From: an uncultured Pseudomonadota bacterium
GTDB lineage: Bacteria > BMS3Abin14
DNA length: 26,363 nt
Direction of reading: 5' to 3'
Assembly (NCBI GenBank): GCA_964454175.1
Contig: CAYVSA010000024.1
Location: 1-26,363, forward strand
The notes below the pieces were generated by a model, which did not search any database, was not told the DNA's origin, and was given only the letters and a program-made list of their open reading frames with translations. Below are positions 19,101-26,363 of this stretch, piece by piece. Each line of letters opens with the position of its first letter. The stretch's first letter is position 1. The translations under genes and the position numbers were made by a program.

Positions 19101-19195
19101 GGTCCCTGGACCCAGGACTCAAGACCTGCGTGGATTATTAACCTGGGCCCTGCCCGTCCTGAGTAAGTCGAAGGGGGCCATGGGACCTGGGACTG
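19101..19195 (+). repeat. Degenerate heptamer arrays in the thrS leader
   Basis: GGTCCCT-GGACCCA-GGACTCA-AGACCTG (19101-19128) and GGGCCCT-G[insert]GGCCAT-GGGACCT-GGGACTG (19145-19195). Confidence 0.7.
19153..19175 (+). mobile_element. 23-nt hairpin micro-insertion element, copy 1
   Basis: CCCGTCCTGAGTAAGTCGAAGGG inserted after TG. Removal restores GGGCCCT-GGGCCAT-GGGACCT. Homologous to 23202-23257 and 23211-23234. Confidence 0.65.
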
Positions 19196-19214
19196 TTTCT
19201 ACAGGAGAATTACG

Positions 19215-21140
19215 TTGAAGATCAAGTTCCCGGATGGATCACAGAGGGAATTCAGTGAGGGAACGACTCTTGACCAGATCGCTGCATCCATTGGCGGCCG
19301 CCTGGCAAAAGAGTCCCTTGCTGCTGACGTTGACGGCCAGCTCCTTGACCTGAGTACTTCTCTTGACGGGGATGCCGAAGTTAAATTCGTCACCTTCAAG
19401 GATCCGGAAGGGAAGGATATCTTCCGACACAGTGCTTCTCACGTTATGGCCCAGGCAGTGAAAAGGCTGTTTCCAGGGACCAAACTGGCCATAGGGCCTT
19501 CCATTGAGAACGGCTTCTACTACGATTTCGATCTCCCTGAAAAAGTGACAGAGGATGATCTCAAACGTATTGAAAAGGAGATGAACTCCATCACTTCGGA
19601 GGGGATAGCCTACGAGAGAGAAGAGTTATCCTCTGAAGATGCCATTGGGATGTTTGAAAGCATGGGGGAAGATTACAAGGTCGAAATGATCCGCGATCTT
19701 GATACAGAACAGATCTCTGTTTACCGCCAGGGCGATTTCGTGGATATGTGTCGTGGACCCCATGTACCATCCACCGGATTTATCAAGTCTTTTGCGCTAC
19801 TTAGTCTTGCCGGTGCCTACTGGAAGGGCGATGAGAAAAACAAGATGCTTCAGCGGATCTACGGAACCGCCTACCCTAAAAAGAAAGCCCTCTCAGAGCA
19901 CCTGAACAGGATCGAAGAAGCCAAAAAACGCGACCACAGGCGCCTTGGGAAGGAACTTGAGCTGTTCTCCATTGAAGATGAAGCAGGACCGGGATTTGTC
20001 ATCTATCATCCCAAGGGTGCGTTGGTCAGAACCATTCTGGAAGATTTTGAAAAGGCTGAACACCTCAAGAGAGGCTACCAGATAGTCGTTGGGCCGCAGC
20101 TCCTGAAGCTTGACCTGTGGAAGAAATCGGGTCACTTCGAAAATTATCGTGAGAACATGTACTTCACTGAAGTGGAAGACACACAGTACGGCATCAAACC
20201 GATGAACTGCCTCGCCCACATGCTGATATTCAAGTCCAGGATCAGGAGCTACCGTGACCTTCCTATAAGATATTTTGAGCTTGGGACAGTCTACCGGCAC
20301 GAAAAATCAGGAGTTCTTCACGGGCTTTTCAGGCTGCGCGGCTTCACTCAGGACGACGCACACATACTATGCACGCCTGAGCAGCTCAACTCCGAGATCA
20401 GGGGCGTCATTTCCTTTGTGAGAGACGTTATGGGCGTGTTCGGTTTCGAGTTCGAGCTTGAGATATCCACACGACCCGAAAAGTCCATCGGGTCTGATGA
20501 GGATTGGGAGAGGGCGACGGATGCCCTTGTCAGGTCCCTCGATGACGAAAATCTCCCCTACGGGATCAACGAAGGCGACGGAGCGTTCTACGGGCCTAAA
20601 ATAGATGTCAAGCTGAGGGATGCTATTGGCAGGATGTGGCAGTGCGCGACGATACAGTGTGATTTTGCTCTGCCAGAGCGGTTCGACCTTCATTACGTGG
20701 GTCAGGATGGCGAAAGACACCGGCCGATCATGCTGCACAGAGTGATACTCGGTTCTATCGACCGGTTCCTGGGAGTGCTTATTGAACACTATGCCGGAGC
20801 CTTTCCTGGGTGGCTGTCACCTGTTCAGGTGAAGGTGTTGACAATCACAGACAAGAGTGCTAACTATGCCGAAGCCGTGGCGGGAACACTGAAAACTCAT
20901 GGCTTTCGGGTCGAATTGGACCTTAGAAACGAGAAGATCGGTTACAAGATCAGAGAGGCCCGCCTGGAGAAGATCCCTTACATGCTTATTATAGGGGAGA
21001 GAGAAGCCGCGACCGGCGCCGTTTCCGTGAGGCACAGGGAAGACGGCGACAGGGGTGTTATGCCCCTTGACGGGTTTATTGAGAGCGTTTTGGACGAGAT
21101 TCAGGTCCCGGTCCTGAAAGAACAAGGAGGGAAGAAATAG
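19215..21140 (+). CDS. thrS: Threonine--tRNA ligase
   Basis: TGS domain, editing motifs [12 protein letters not shown] and [37 protein letters not shown] before TTG. Confidence 0.99.
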   Translation: MKIKFPDGSQREFSEGTTLDQIAASIGGRLAKESLAADVDGQLLDLSTSLDGDAEVKFVTFKDPEGKDIFRHSASHVMAQAVKRLFPGTKLAIGPSIENGFYYDFDLPEKVTEDDLKRIEKEMNSITSEGIAYEREELSSEDAIGMFESMGEDYKVEMIRDLDTEQISVYRQGDFVDMCRGPHVPSTGFIKSFALLSLAGAYWKGDEKNKMLQRIYGTAYPKKKALSEHLNRIEEAKKRDHRRLGKELELFSIEDEAGPGFVIYHPKGALVRTILEDFEKAEHLKRGYQIVVGPQLLKLDLWKKSGHFENYRENMYFTEVEDTQYGIKPMNCLAHMLIFKSRIRSYRDLPIRYFELGTVYRHEKSGVLHGLFRLRGFTQDDAHILCTPEQLNSEIRGVISFVRDVMGVFGFEFELEISTRPEKSIGSDEDWERATDALVRSLDDENLPYGINEGDGAFYGPKIDVKLRDAIGRMWQCATIQCDFALPERFDLHYVGQDGERHRPIMLHRVILGSIDRFLGVLIEHYAGAFPGWLSPVQVKVLTITDKSANYAEAVAGTLKTHGFRVELDLRNEKIGYKIREARLEKIPYMLIIGEREAATGAVSVRHREDGDRGVMPLDGFIESVLDEIQVPVLKEQGGKK

Positions 21141-21652
21141 CCAAGGACAGAGGCACTCCGGTTAACGACAAGATCATGGCCCGCGAACTCCGGGTCATTG
21201 GAGCTGATGGTGAACAACTGGGGATAATGTCGAAGCAGGACGCCCTTGACGCCGCTCACGAGCTTGGTCTTGATCTGGTTGAAGTTGCGGGTACTGCCAG
21301 TCCCCCGGTCTGCCGGATAATGGATTATGGCAGGTTCAAGTATCAGCAGAGTAAAAAGGCCCAGGTCGCCAAGAAAAAGCAGAAGACGATCCAGATAAAG
21401 GAGATCAAGATCAGGCCGAAGACAGACAGCCACGATCTTGAAGTCAAGGCAAAACATGCCAGGCGATTTCTTTCCGAAGGCAACAAGATAAAGATCACAG
21501 TAAGGTTCAGGGGCCGGGAAATAGTCCACCCGGAACGGGGGCATCTCGTTCTGGATAAGTTTATTGGGCTGCTCGAGGAAGATTGTGTGGTCGAGCAGAG
21601 AGCCAAAATGGAGGGCAGGACCATGATATCGGTCCTTGCACCCAGCAGCTGA
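21137..21652 (+). CDS. infC: Translation initiation factor IF-3 (non-canonical ATA start)
   Basis: [46 protein letters not shown]. The frame extends upstream of ATG 21176 to ATA 21137, 6 nt after AAGGAGG. Confidence 0.96.
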   Translation: MAKDRGTPVNDKIMARELRVIGADGEQLGIMSKQDALDAAHELGLDLVEVAGTASPPVCRIMDYGRFKYQQSKKAQVAKKKQKTIQIKEIKIRPKTDSHDLEVKAKHARRFLSEGNKIKITVRFRGREIVHPERGHLVLDKFIGLLEEDCVVEQRAKMEGRTMISVLAPSS

Positions 21653-21667
21653 GGAGTAGCAGAGCGA

Positions 21668-21868
21668 ATGCCCAAAATTAAGACGAATAGAGGCGCTGCA
21701 AAGCGGTTTGGACGCACCGGCAGCGGAAAAGTGAAGAGAAGGCGGGCTTATCACAGCCACATTCTCACCAGTAAGAATCAGAAACGCAAGCGGCGTCTGA
21801 GATCAGGGACGCTAATTCACAGTGCTGACGTAAAGAATGTCAGGAAGCTTATTCCCTACGTAAAGTAG
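21668..21868 (+). CDS. rpmI: 50S ribosomal protein L35
   Basis: [19 protein letters not shown]...HILT.K..KRKRRLR, between infC and rplT. Confidence 0.99.
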   Translation: MPKIKTNRGAAKRFGRTGSGKVKRRRAYHSHILTSKNQKRKRRLRSGTLIHSADVKNVRKLIPYVK

Positions 21869-21884
21869 GTTCAGGAGAAGACAC

Positions 21885-22250
21885 ATGCCCAGGATCAAGA
21901 GGGCGGTACACGCCAGAAAACGAAAGAAAAAGCTCTTTTCAAGGGCCTCGGGTTTTCAGCATGGGAGGAAGAATCTCCTTCGCCAGGCCCGGACGACCCT
22001 TGAAAAGGCCATGCAGTATTCCTACAGGGACCGGAGAACTAAAAAGCGGGAGTTCAGAAAACTCTGGATCATCCGGATCAACGCTGCCGCGAGGAACCAC
22101 GGACTCTCCTACAGCCAGTTTATGTACGGGCTTGCCCAGGCGGGAGTTTCTGTGGACAGAAAAATGCTTTCCGACCTGGCGGTGTATGACGATGCTGCAT
22201 TTGCAGAACTGGTAAAGATCGCCGCAGGGAACTTAAAGCAGAGCGCTTAG
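21885..22250 (+). CDS. rplT: 50S ribosomal protein L20
   Basis: MPRIKR, YSYRDRR.KKREFRKLWIIRINAAAR, SYSQF, DRKMLSDLA. Confidence 0.99.
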   Translation: MPRIKRAVHARKRKKKLFSRASGFQHGRKNLLRQARTTLEKAMQYSYRDRRTKKREFRKLWIIRINAAARNHGLSYSQFMYGLAQAGVSVDRKMLSDLAVYDDAAFAELVKIAAGNLKQSA

Positions 22251-22257
22251 CAGGTTT

Positions 22258-22929
22258 ATGAAGCAGATCGCCGTAATCGGGCTTGGCCGGTTCGGGATGA
22301 GCCTGGCAGAGAGTTTGATGGAAAATCGATGTCAGGTCCTGGCCATCGATACCGACATGGAGCGTGTCAAGAAGGCTCAGACCTTCGTTACCCAGGCCGC
22401 TCAACTCGACTCCAAAGATGAAGCTGCACTTAAGGCACTGGGTATAACGGACATGGACACCGTTGTAGTGGCCATCGGCTCGGATGTCGAAGCCAGCATG
22501 CTGACCACAATGATCCTCAAGGACATGGGCGTAAAGCAGGTAGTGTCCAAGGCAGTTACCAAGCTTCACGGGAGGTTTCTGGACAGGATCGGGGCCGATG
22601 AGATCATTTACCCTGAAATTGATTCGGGGCGAAGACTTGGCAGGAAACTTTCCAGCCCCTCTATCGTTGAACAGATCGAGTTCGGCAACGAATATGGGAT
22701 ATTTGAGATAAACACCCCGCCAACGTGGGTTGGAAAGAGTATTGGCGACCTTGAAGTTCGCGCTAAATACGGTGTTGCCATCCTGGCGATCAGCACAAAG
22801 GCAGCCGAGGGTGATGAGACAGAAACAAATGTGTCGCCTGTGGCCAGTACGAAGCTTGCACAAGAGGATGTTGTTTTAATCCTCGGGCGCCACACTGAGG
22901 TTGAAAAACTCATATCGAATAAAGGCTGA
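22258..22929 (+). CDS. ktrA: KtrA/TrkA-family RCK potassium-uptake regulatory subunit
   Basis: IAVIGLGRFG Rossmann motif, D.VVVAIG.DVEAS, IGADEIIYPE, C-terminal RCK_C (WVGKSIGDLEVRAKYGV.ILAI). Single-RCK length (223 aa). Confidence 0.9.
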   Translation: MKQIAVIGLGRFGMSLAESLMENRCQVLAIDTDMERVKKAQTFVTQAAQLDSKDEAALKALGITDMDTVVVAIGSDVEASMLTTMILKDMGVKQVVSKAVTKLHGRFLDRIGADEIIYPEIDSGRRLGRKLSSPSIVEQIEFGNEYGIFEINTPPTWVGKSIGDLEVRAKYGVAILAISTKAAEGDETETNVSPVASTKLAQEDVVLILGRHTEVEKLISNKG

Positions 22930-23183
22930 GACGGAGAGTGGAGCCCTGATGGTCTTCCCAGAGAGGGAGGGTCGCTGGCTGAGAGCCTTCCCGAAGATCC
23001 AGGGTGATCCTTTCGCTCCCGAGCTTCCCGCCTGAACAGCGCAGTAGGGCGGGACGTAATACCCCACGTTACAGGGGTTGGGCAGTTCATTTGTCCGCCG
23101 AGAGTTCCCTTTCGGGGGAGAATCGGGGTGGTATCGCGGAGCTTGGAGGCTTCCGTCCCTGGGGATGGAGGCCTTTTGTGTTT
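22923..23183 (+). ncRNA. T-box riboswitch, Phe (UUC) specifier, upstream of pheST
   Basis: Stem I with GA/K-turn base, AG bulge CAGAGAG, distal loop GGCTGAGAG, specifier TTC at 23012-23014. Stem II GAA/AGTA, F-box CGTTA, T-box AATCGGGGTGGTATCGCG (23121-23138), antiterminator 3' side CGTCCCT. Confidence 0.93.
23147..23183 (+). terminator. T-box attenuator terminator
   Basis: AGGCTTCCGTCC/GGATGGAGGCCT stem followed by TTTGTGTTT, mutually exclusive with the antiterminator. Confidence 0.88.
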
Positions 23184-23201
23184 GTGGAGCATTAGAAATT
23201 G

Positions 23202-23257
23202 CCTGCCCTGCCTGTCCTGAGCATTGCCGAAGGGAGCGTTATTAATTAGCCGAAGGG
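23202..23257 (+). mobile_element. Hairpin micro-insertion element, outer copy (32 nt, interrupted)
   Basis: CCTGCCCTG (23202-23210) + AGCGTTATTAATTAGCCGAAGGG (23235-23257), inserted after TG. Removal restores AGAAATT-GGAAATT-GGAAATT. Confidence 0.6.
23211..23234 (+). mobile_element. 24-nt hairpin micro-insertion element, nested inner copy
   Basis: CCTGTCCTGAGCATTGCCGAAGGG inserted after the TG of the outer copy's CCCTG|AGC. Confidence 0.65.
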
Positions 23258-23350
23258 GAAATTGGAAATTGGGTAATGGGCCATGGGATCTGGGGCCTGG
23301 GCCCTGGGACCAGATAATACGGCAGCAGACCGGAGAGATGGAGCAGCATT

Positions 23351-24370
23351 ATGCAAAATAAGGTGGACGAACTGCTTAAAACGGCCAGGAGCGAGATCAA
23401 GGCCGCCGGTTCCAACAAAGAGCTTGATGCCATTCGTGTAAAATACCTCGGGAAAAAAGGTTTGATCACTGTTTTGCTGAAGTCCCTTGGTAAGCTGTCG
23501 GCTGAGGAGAGACCATCTGCCGGTCAGGCGGTAAACAAGGGCCGGGAAAAGCTCACTGGTCTGCTGGAGGGCAGAAAAACTGAGTTAGCAAGGTTTGAAT
23601 CGGAAAGGGTGATCAATGAAGAGGCCGTTGACATCACAATGCCCGGGATCACCAGGGAACTGGGTCACAGGCACCCTGTCAACATGGTCATGTCCGAGGT
23701 CCTTGATATTTTCAGAGGCATGGGTTTCTCGGCACGTAAAGGTCCTGAAATAGAGAATGATTACTACAATTTTGAGGCTTTGAATATTCCCAGAGACCAT
23801 CCCGCCAGAGATATGCAGGATACATTTTATTTCGATGAGGACACGCTTTTAAGGACCCACACTTCCCCCGTACAGATAAGGACCATGGAGACGGAACAGC
23901 CTCCCCTGAGAGTGGTTTCCCCGGGTAAGGTCTACCGGGTAGATTACGATGTGAGCCACACACCCATGTTCCACCAGGTTGAGGGTTTTTTGGTGGATGA
24001 GGATATTACTTTCAGCGACCTGAAGGGTGTACTCACCGAGTTTCTGAACCAGTTCTTTGGAAAGGGCACACCGGTAAGGTTCCGGCCAAGCTTCTTCCCC
24101 TTTACGGAACCCAGTGCAGAGGTGGATATTGGCTGCGTTATATGCTCCGGATCAGGCTGCAGGGTTTGTTCAGACAGTGGCTGGATCGAGATCCTTGGAT
24201 CAGGGATGATCCATCCCGAGGTTTTCCGGTTCGTTGATTACGACCCTGAAAAGTATACCGGATTCGCCTTCGGCATGGGGATGGAGAGGCTCACAATGCT
24301 CAGGCATGGAATAGATGATATACGGCTGTTTTTCGAAAACGATATGCGGTTTCTGGCGCAGTTCTCGTAA
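23351..24370 (+). CDS. pheS: Phenylalanine--tRNA ligase alpha subunit
   Basis: HPARDMQDTFY, LRTHTSPVQIR, HTPMFHQVEG, FPFTEPSAEVD, Cys cluster CVICSGSGCRVC, GFAFGMGMER. Confidence 0.99.
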   Translation: MQNKVDELLKTARSEIKAAGSNKELDAIRVKYLGKKGLITVLLKSLGKLSAEERPSAGQAVNKGREKLTGLLEGRKTELARFESERVINEEAVDITMPGITRELGHRHPVNMVMSEVLDIFRGMGFSARKGPEIENDYYNFEALNIPRDHPARDMQDTFYFDEDTLLRTHTSPVQIRTMETEQPPLRVVSPGKVYRVDYDVSHTPMFHQVEGFLVDEDITFSDLKGVLTEFLNQFFGKGTPVRFRPSFFPFTEPSAEVDIGCVICSGSGCRVCSDSGWIEILGSGMIHPEVFRFVDYDPEKYTGFAFGMGMERLTMLRHGIDDIRLFFENDMRFLAQFS

Positions 24371-24372
24371 TT

Positions 24373-24442
24373 AGAAATCAGAAATCAGAAATTGGGTAAT
24401 GGATATTAGACATGGGACATTGGACGTTGGACATTGGACGTC
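24373..24442 (+). repeat. Degenerate heptamer array between pheS and pheT
   Basis: AGAAATC-AGAAATC-AGAAATT-GGGTAAT-GGATATT-AGACATG-GGACATT-GGACGTT-GGACATT-GGACGTC: ten units in exact 7-nt phase. Confidence 0.85.
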
Positions 24443-24466
24443 ACCAACAGGCCGGATGGAGAGAGC

Positions 24467-26363
24467 ATGAAGATCAACCTGGACTGGCTATCGGATTACA
24501 TTGAAATTGACACCTCTGTTGAGATGTTGGCCGAAGACCTCACCATGGCGGGACTTGAGGTGGAGGGAATCTCGGAATATGAGGGAGATACCATTTTAGA
24601 GCTTTCCATTACACCGAACAGGCCCGACTGGCTGAGTCATTTCGGAGTGGCGCGGGAACTCGCTGTGATCTACGGCAAGAAGCTCAAAAAGCCCGGGACA
24701 GGGCTCAAGGAGTCCGATACTCCTGTAGAGGCCATGGCCAGTATTGAGACAGAGGATCCCAAAGGGTGTCCACGCTACAGTGCGCGGATCGTGACCGGCA
24801 TTAAGATCGGCCCTGCACCTGAAAAGATCTCGCACCGACTGGAGTCCGTGGATGTGAGGAGCATCAACAATATCGTCGATGCCACAAACTACGTGATGAT
24901 GGAGTTGGGTCAGCCGCTGCATGCGTTCGACTACAACCTGTTGGGGGAAAACAGGATAGTTGTCCGTAGAGCTTCTTCGGGAGAGAAACTCAAAACCCTG
25001 GATGGGCAGGAAAGGACCCTGCATGAGGAGGATCTCCTCATCTGCGACGGAAGGGGGCCGGTTGCTATTGCCGGGGTCATGGGGGGGGAGAGCTCCGAAG
25101 TCCGTGAAGATACTGTAGATCTACTCCTGGAAAGTGCTTGTTTCGATCCTGTTACGATCAGGAGGGGCTCCAAGAGGCTGGGCTTGTCAACCGAGGCTTC
25201 TTTCAGGTTCGAAAGGGGAACGGACCCGGATGGGACCGTAACTGCAGTGGACCGTCTTGCCCAACTCATCAGCGAGTGGGCTGGAGGGGAAATCTGCAGG
25301 GGAGTATTGGATGTATGTGCTCCTGCGGGACCTGAACCATCTGTTGAACTGCGTACACAAAGGGTTGCAAGGCTGCTCGGAGTGAAGATCCCCGACAGGG
25401 AAATATACTCCCTGCTCAAAGGTCTGGGACTCTCGGTTAAAAAGGGCAAAGCCGGGAAGTGGGCCGTTACACCTCCTGGTTTCAGAAGAGACATACATCG
25501 AGAAGAAGACATCGTTGAAGAGGTAGCGCGTATCTACGGGTATCAGAAGATACCGGCTACCATGCCGGCGGGGGCTACCATCCCGGTGAAGATCGATCCT
25601 GCGGATGCCCTGGAAAAGGATATGAAATCAGTCATGGAGGCACTCGGATTTTCTGAAGCAGTTACATACAGCTTCATCAGCAGGGGGGAACTGGAGGACC
25701 TTGGTGTTACTGGCGGGCCGGAGCCTGTCGCACTTTTGAACCCGATATCCGAGGAGATGAGGGTTATGCGGACCAGCCTCCTGCCCGGTCTTCTGAAGAC
25801 CGTCAAGCTCAATCTGGCGAGGAGACGGACAGGGAGCCTGTCAATGTACGAAGTCGGGAAAACTTTCCTGCCCTGTACATCCTGTGAGATCTCCGAGGAG
25901 AGACTTCGTATTACCGGGGTGATGACAGGTGCAAGGAGTGACAAATCATGGTACGGGGAGCGCGAGGCGGCAGACTTTTTCGACATAAAGGGAGTTGTGG
26001 TCAACCTCCTGTCGAAACTGGGCATCGGGGATGTTAAATTCATGGGAGAGGCTATCCAGTACCTTCACCCTGGTCAGGGCGCATGGGTGATGGCCGGTGA
26101 AAAAGTGGCAGGAACCGTAGGCACCCTTAATCCAGTGATTAGGGACAAGTACGGGATAAGCGAGTGGGCAGGCTGTTTTGAACTGGATGTGGAGGTCCTC
26201 GCACAGGCTGCTGCCGGCAAAAGGTCCTACAGACATATCCCCAAATATCCCGGTCTTTTAAGGGATCTCGCACTGGTTGCCCCAGTAAAGGTCAGCAGCA
26301 GGGATATAGAAGACGCTATCGTCGCAGCTGGCAGCAACCTCGAGTCCTGCCGCCTGTTTGACC
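24467..26363 (+). CDS. pheT: Phenylalanine--tRNA ligase beta subunit (3' partial; lacks B2 OB-fold)
   Basis: Manual translation from ATG 24467: MKINLDWLSDYI...LTMAGLEVE...LSITPNRPD, INNIVDATNYVMMELGQPLHAFD, EDIVEEVARIYGY, MRTSLLPGLL, PKYPGLLRDLA. Runs off the window end, so it is absent from the ORF track. Confidence 0.97.
   Translation, partial: MKINLDWLSDYIEIDTSVEMLAEDLTMAGLEVEGISEYEGDTILELSITPNRPDWLSHFGVARELAVIYGKKLKKPGTGLKESDTPVEAMASIETEDPKGCPRYSARIVTGIKIGPAPEKISHRLESVDVRSINNIVDATNYVMMELGQPLHAFDYNLLGENRIVVRRASSGEKLKTLDGQERTLHEEDLLICDGRGPVAIAGVMGGESSEVREDTVDLLLESACFDPVTIRRGSKRLGLSTEASFRFERGTDPDGTVTAVDRLAQLISEWAGGEICRGVLDVCAPAGPEPSVELRTQRVARLLGVKIPDREIYSLLKGLGLSVKKGKAGKWAVTPPGFRRDIHREEDIVEEVARIYGYQKIPATMPAGATIPVKIDPADALEKDMKSVMEALGFSEAVTYSFISRGELEDLGVTGGPEPVALLNPISEEMRVMRTSLLPGLLKTVKLNLARRRTGSLSMYEVGKTFLPCTSCEISEERLRITGVMTGARSDKSWYGEREAADFFDIKGVVVNLLSKLGIGDVKFMGEAIQYLHPGQGAWVMAGEKVAGTVGTLNPVIRDKYGISEWAGCFELDVEVLAQAAAGKRSYRHIPKYPGLLRDLALVAPVKVSSRDIEDAIVAAGSNLESCRLFD

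Larger units (their letters stand above)
23194..23312 (+). repeat. Degenerate heptamer array in the pheS leader
   Basis: AGAAATT-G[insert]GAAATT-GGAAATT-GGGTAAT-GGGCCAT-GGGATCT-GGGGCCT-GGGCCCT-GGGACCA: nine in-phase units once the insert is removed. Confidence 0.8.

Noticed and set aside
19088-19135. ThrRS operator mimicking the tRNA-Thr anticodon arm, or a Thr T-box, upstream of thrS
   Set aside because: CGGCC-TGT-GGTCG gives only a 3-nt loop unlike an anticodon loop, and there is no T-box consensus in the leader.
19020-19214. Integrative element at the tRNA 3' end
   Set aside because: No integrase and no duplicated tRNA 3' segment seen; thrS follows directly.
23194-24442. CRISPR array interpretation of the repeats
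   Set aside because: Units are 7 nt and contiguous, or isolated 23-32 nt copies. There is no repeat-spacer periodicity and no cas genes.
745-26236. Numerous antisense and alternate-frame ORFs in the track (e.g. 745-1341, 10537-11040, 21101-21760, 22120-22863, 23004-23195, 24931-25512)
   Set aside because: They are shadows of well-supported genes or of the T-box RNA, with no recognisable motifs.

Overview
Core chromosomal region of a moderately GC-rich diderm bacterium with Deltaproteobacteria-like gene order. Almost all genes are on the + strand: a small Cys-rich ORF, then HIT hydrolase-lapA-TPR/SPOR-mutS-amidase-glnD, an opposed REC-GGDEF diguanylate cyclase, rarA-mutL-miaA (no hfq after it), a secreted hypothetical protein, a CDP-alcohol phosphatidyltransferase, a probable outer-membrane beta-barrel, tRNA-Val(GAC), and thrS-infC(AUA start)-rpmI-rplT-ktrA-[Phe T-box riboswitch]-pheS-pheT (partial, lacking the B2 domain). 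No transposase, integrase or CRISPR array is seen. The most unusual signal is non-coding. Degenerate 7-nt tandem arrays fill many intergenic gaps, and three copies of a 23-32 nt hairpin micro-element (CCyGyCCTGAGy-Nx-GyCGAAGGG) are inserted after a TG with no target duplication, one nested inside another. Removing the elements restores the 7-nt period of the arrays exactly, which suggests a minimal non-autonomous mobile element mobilised in trans.
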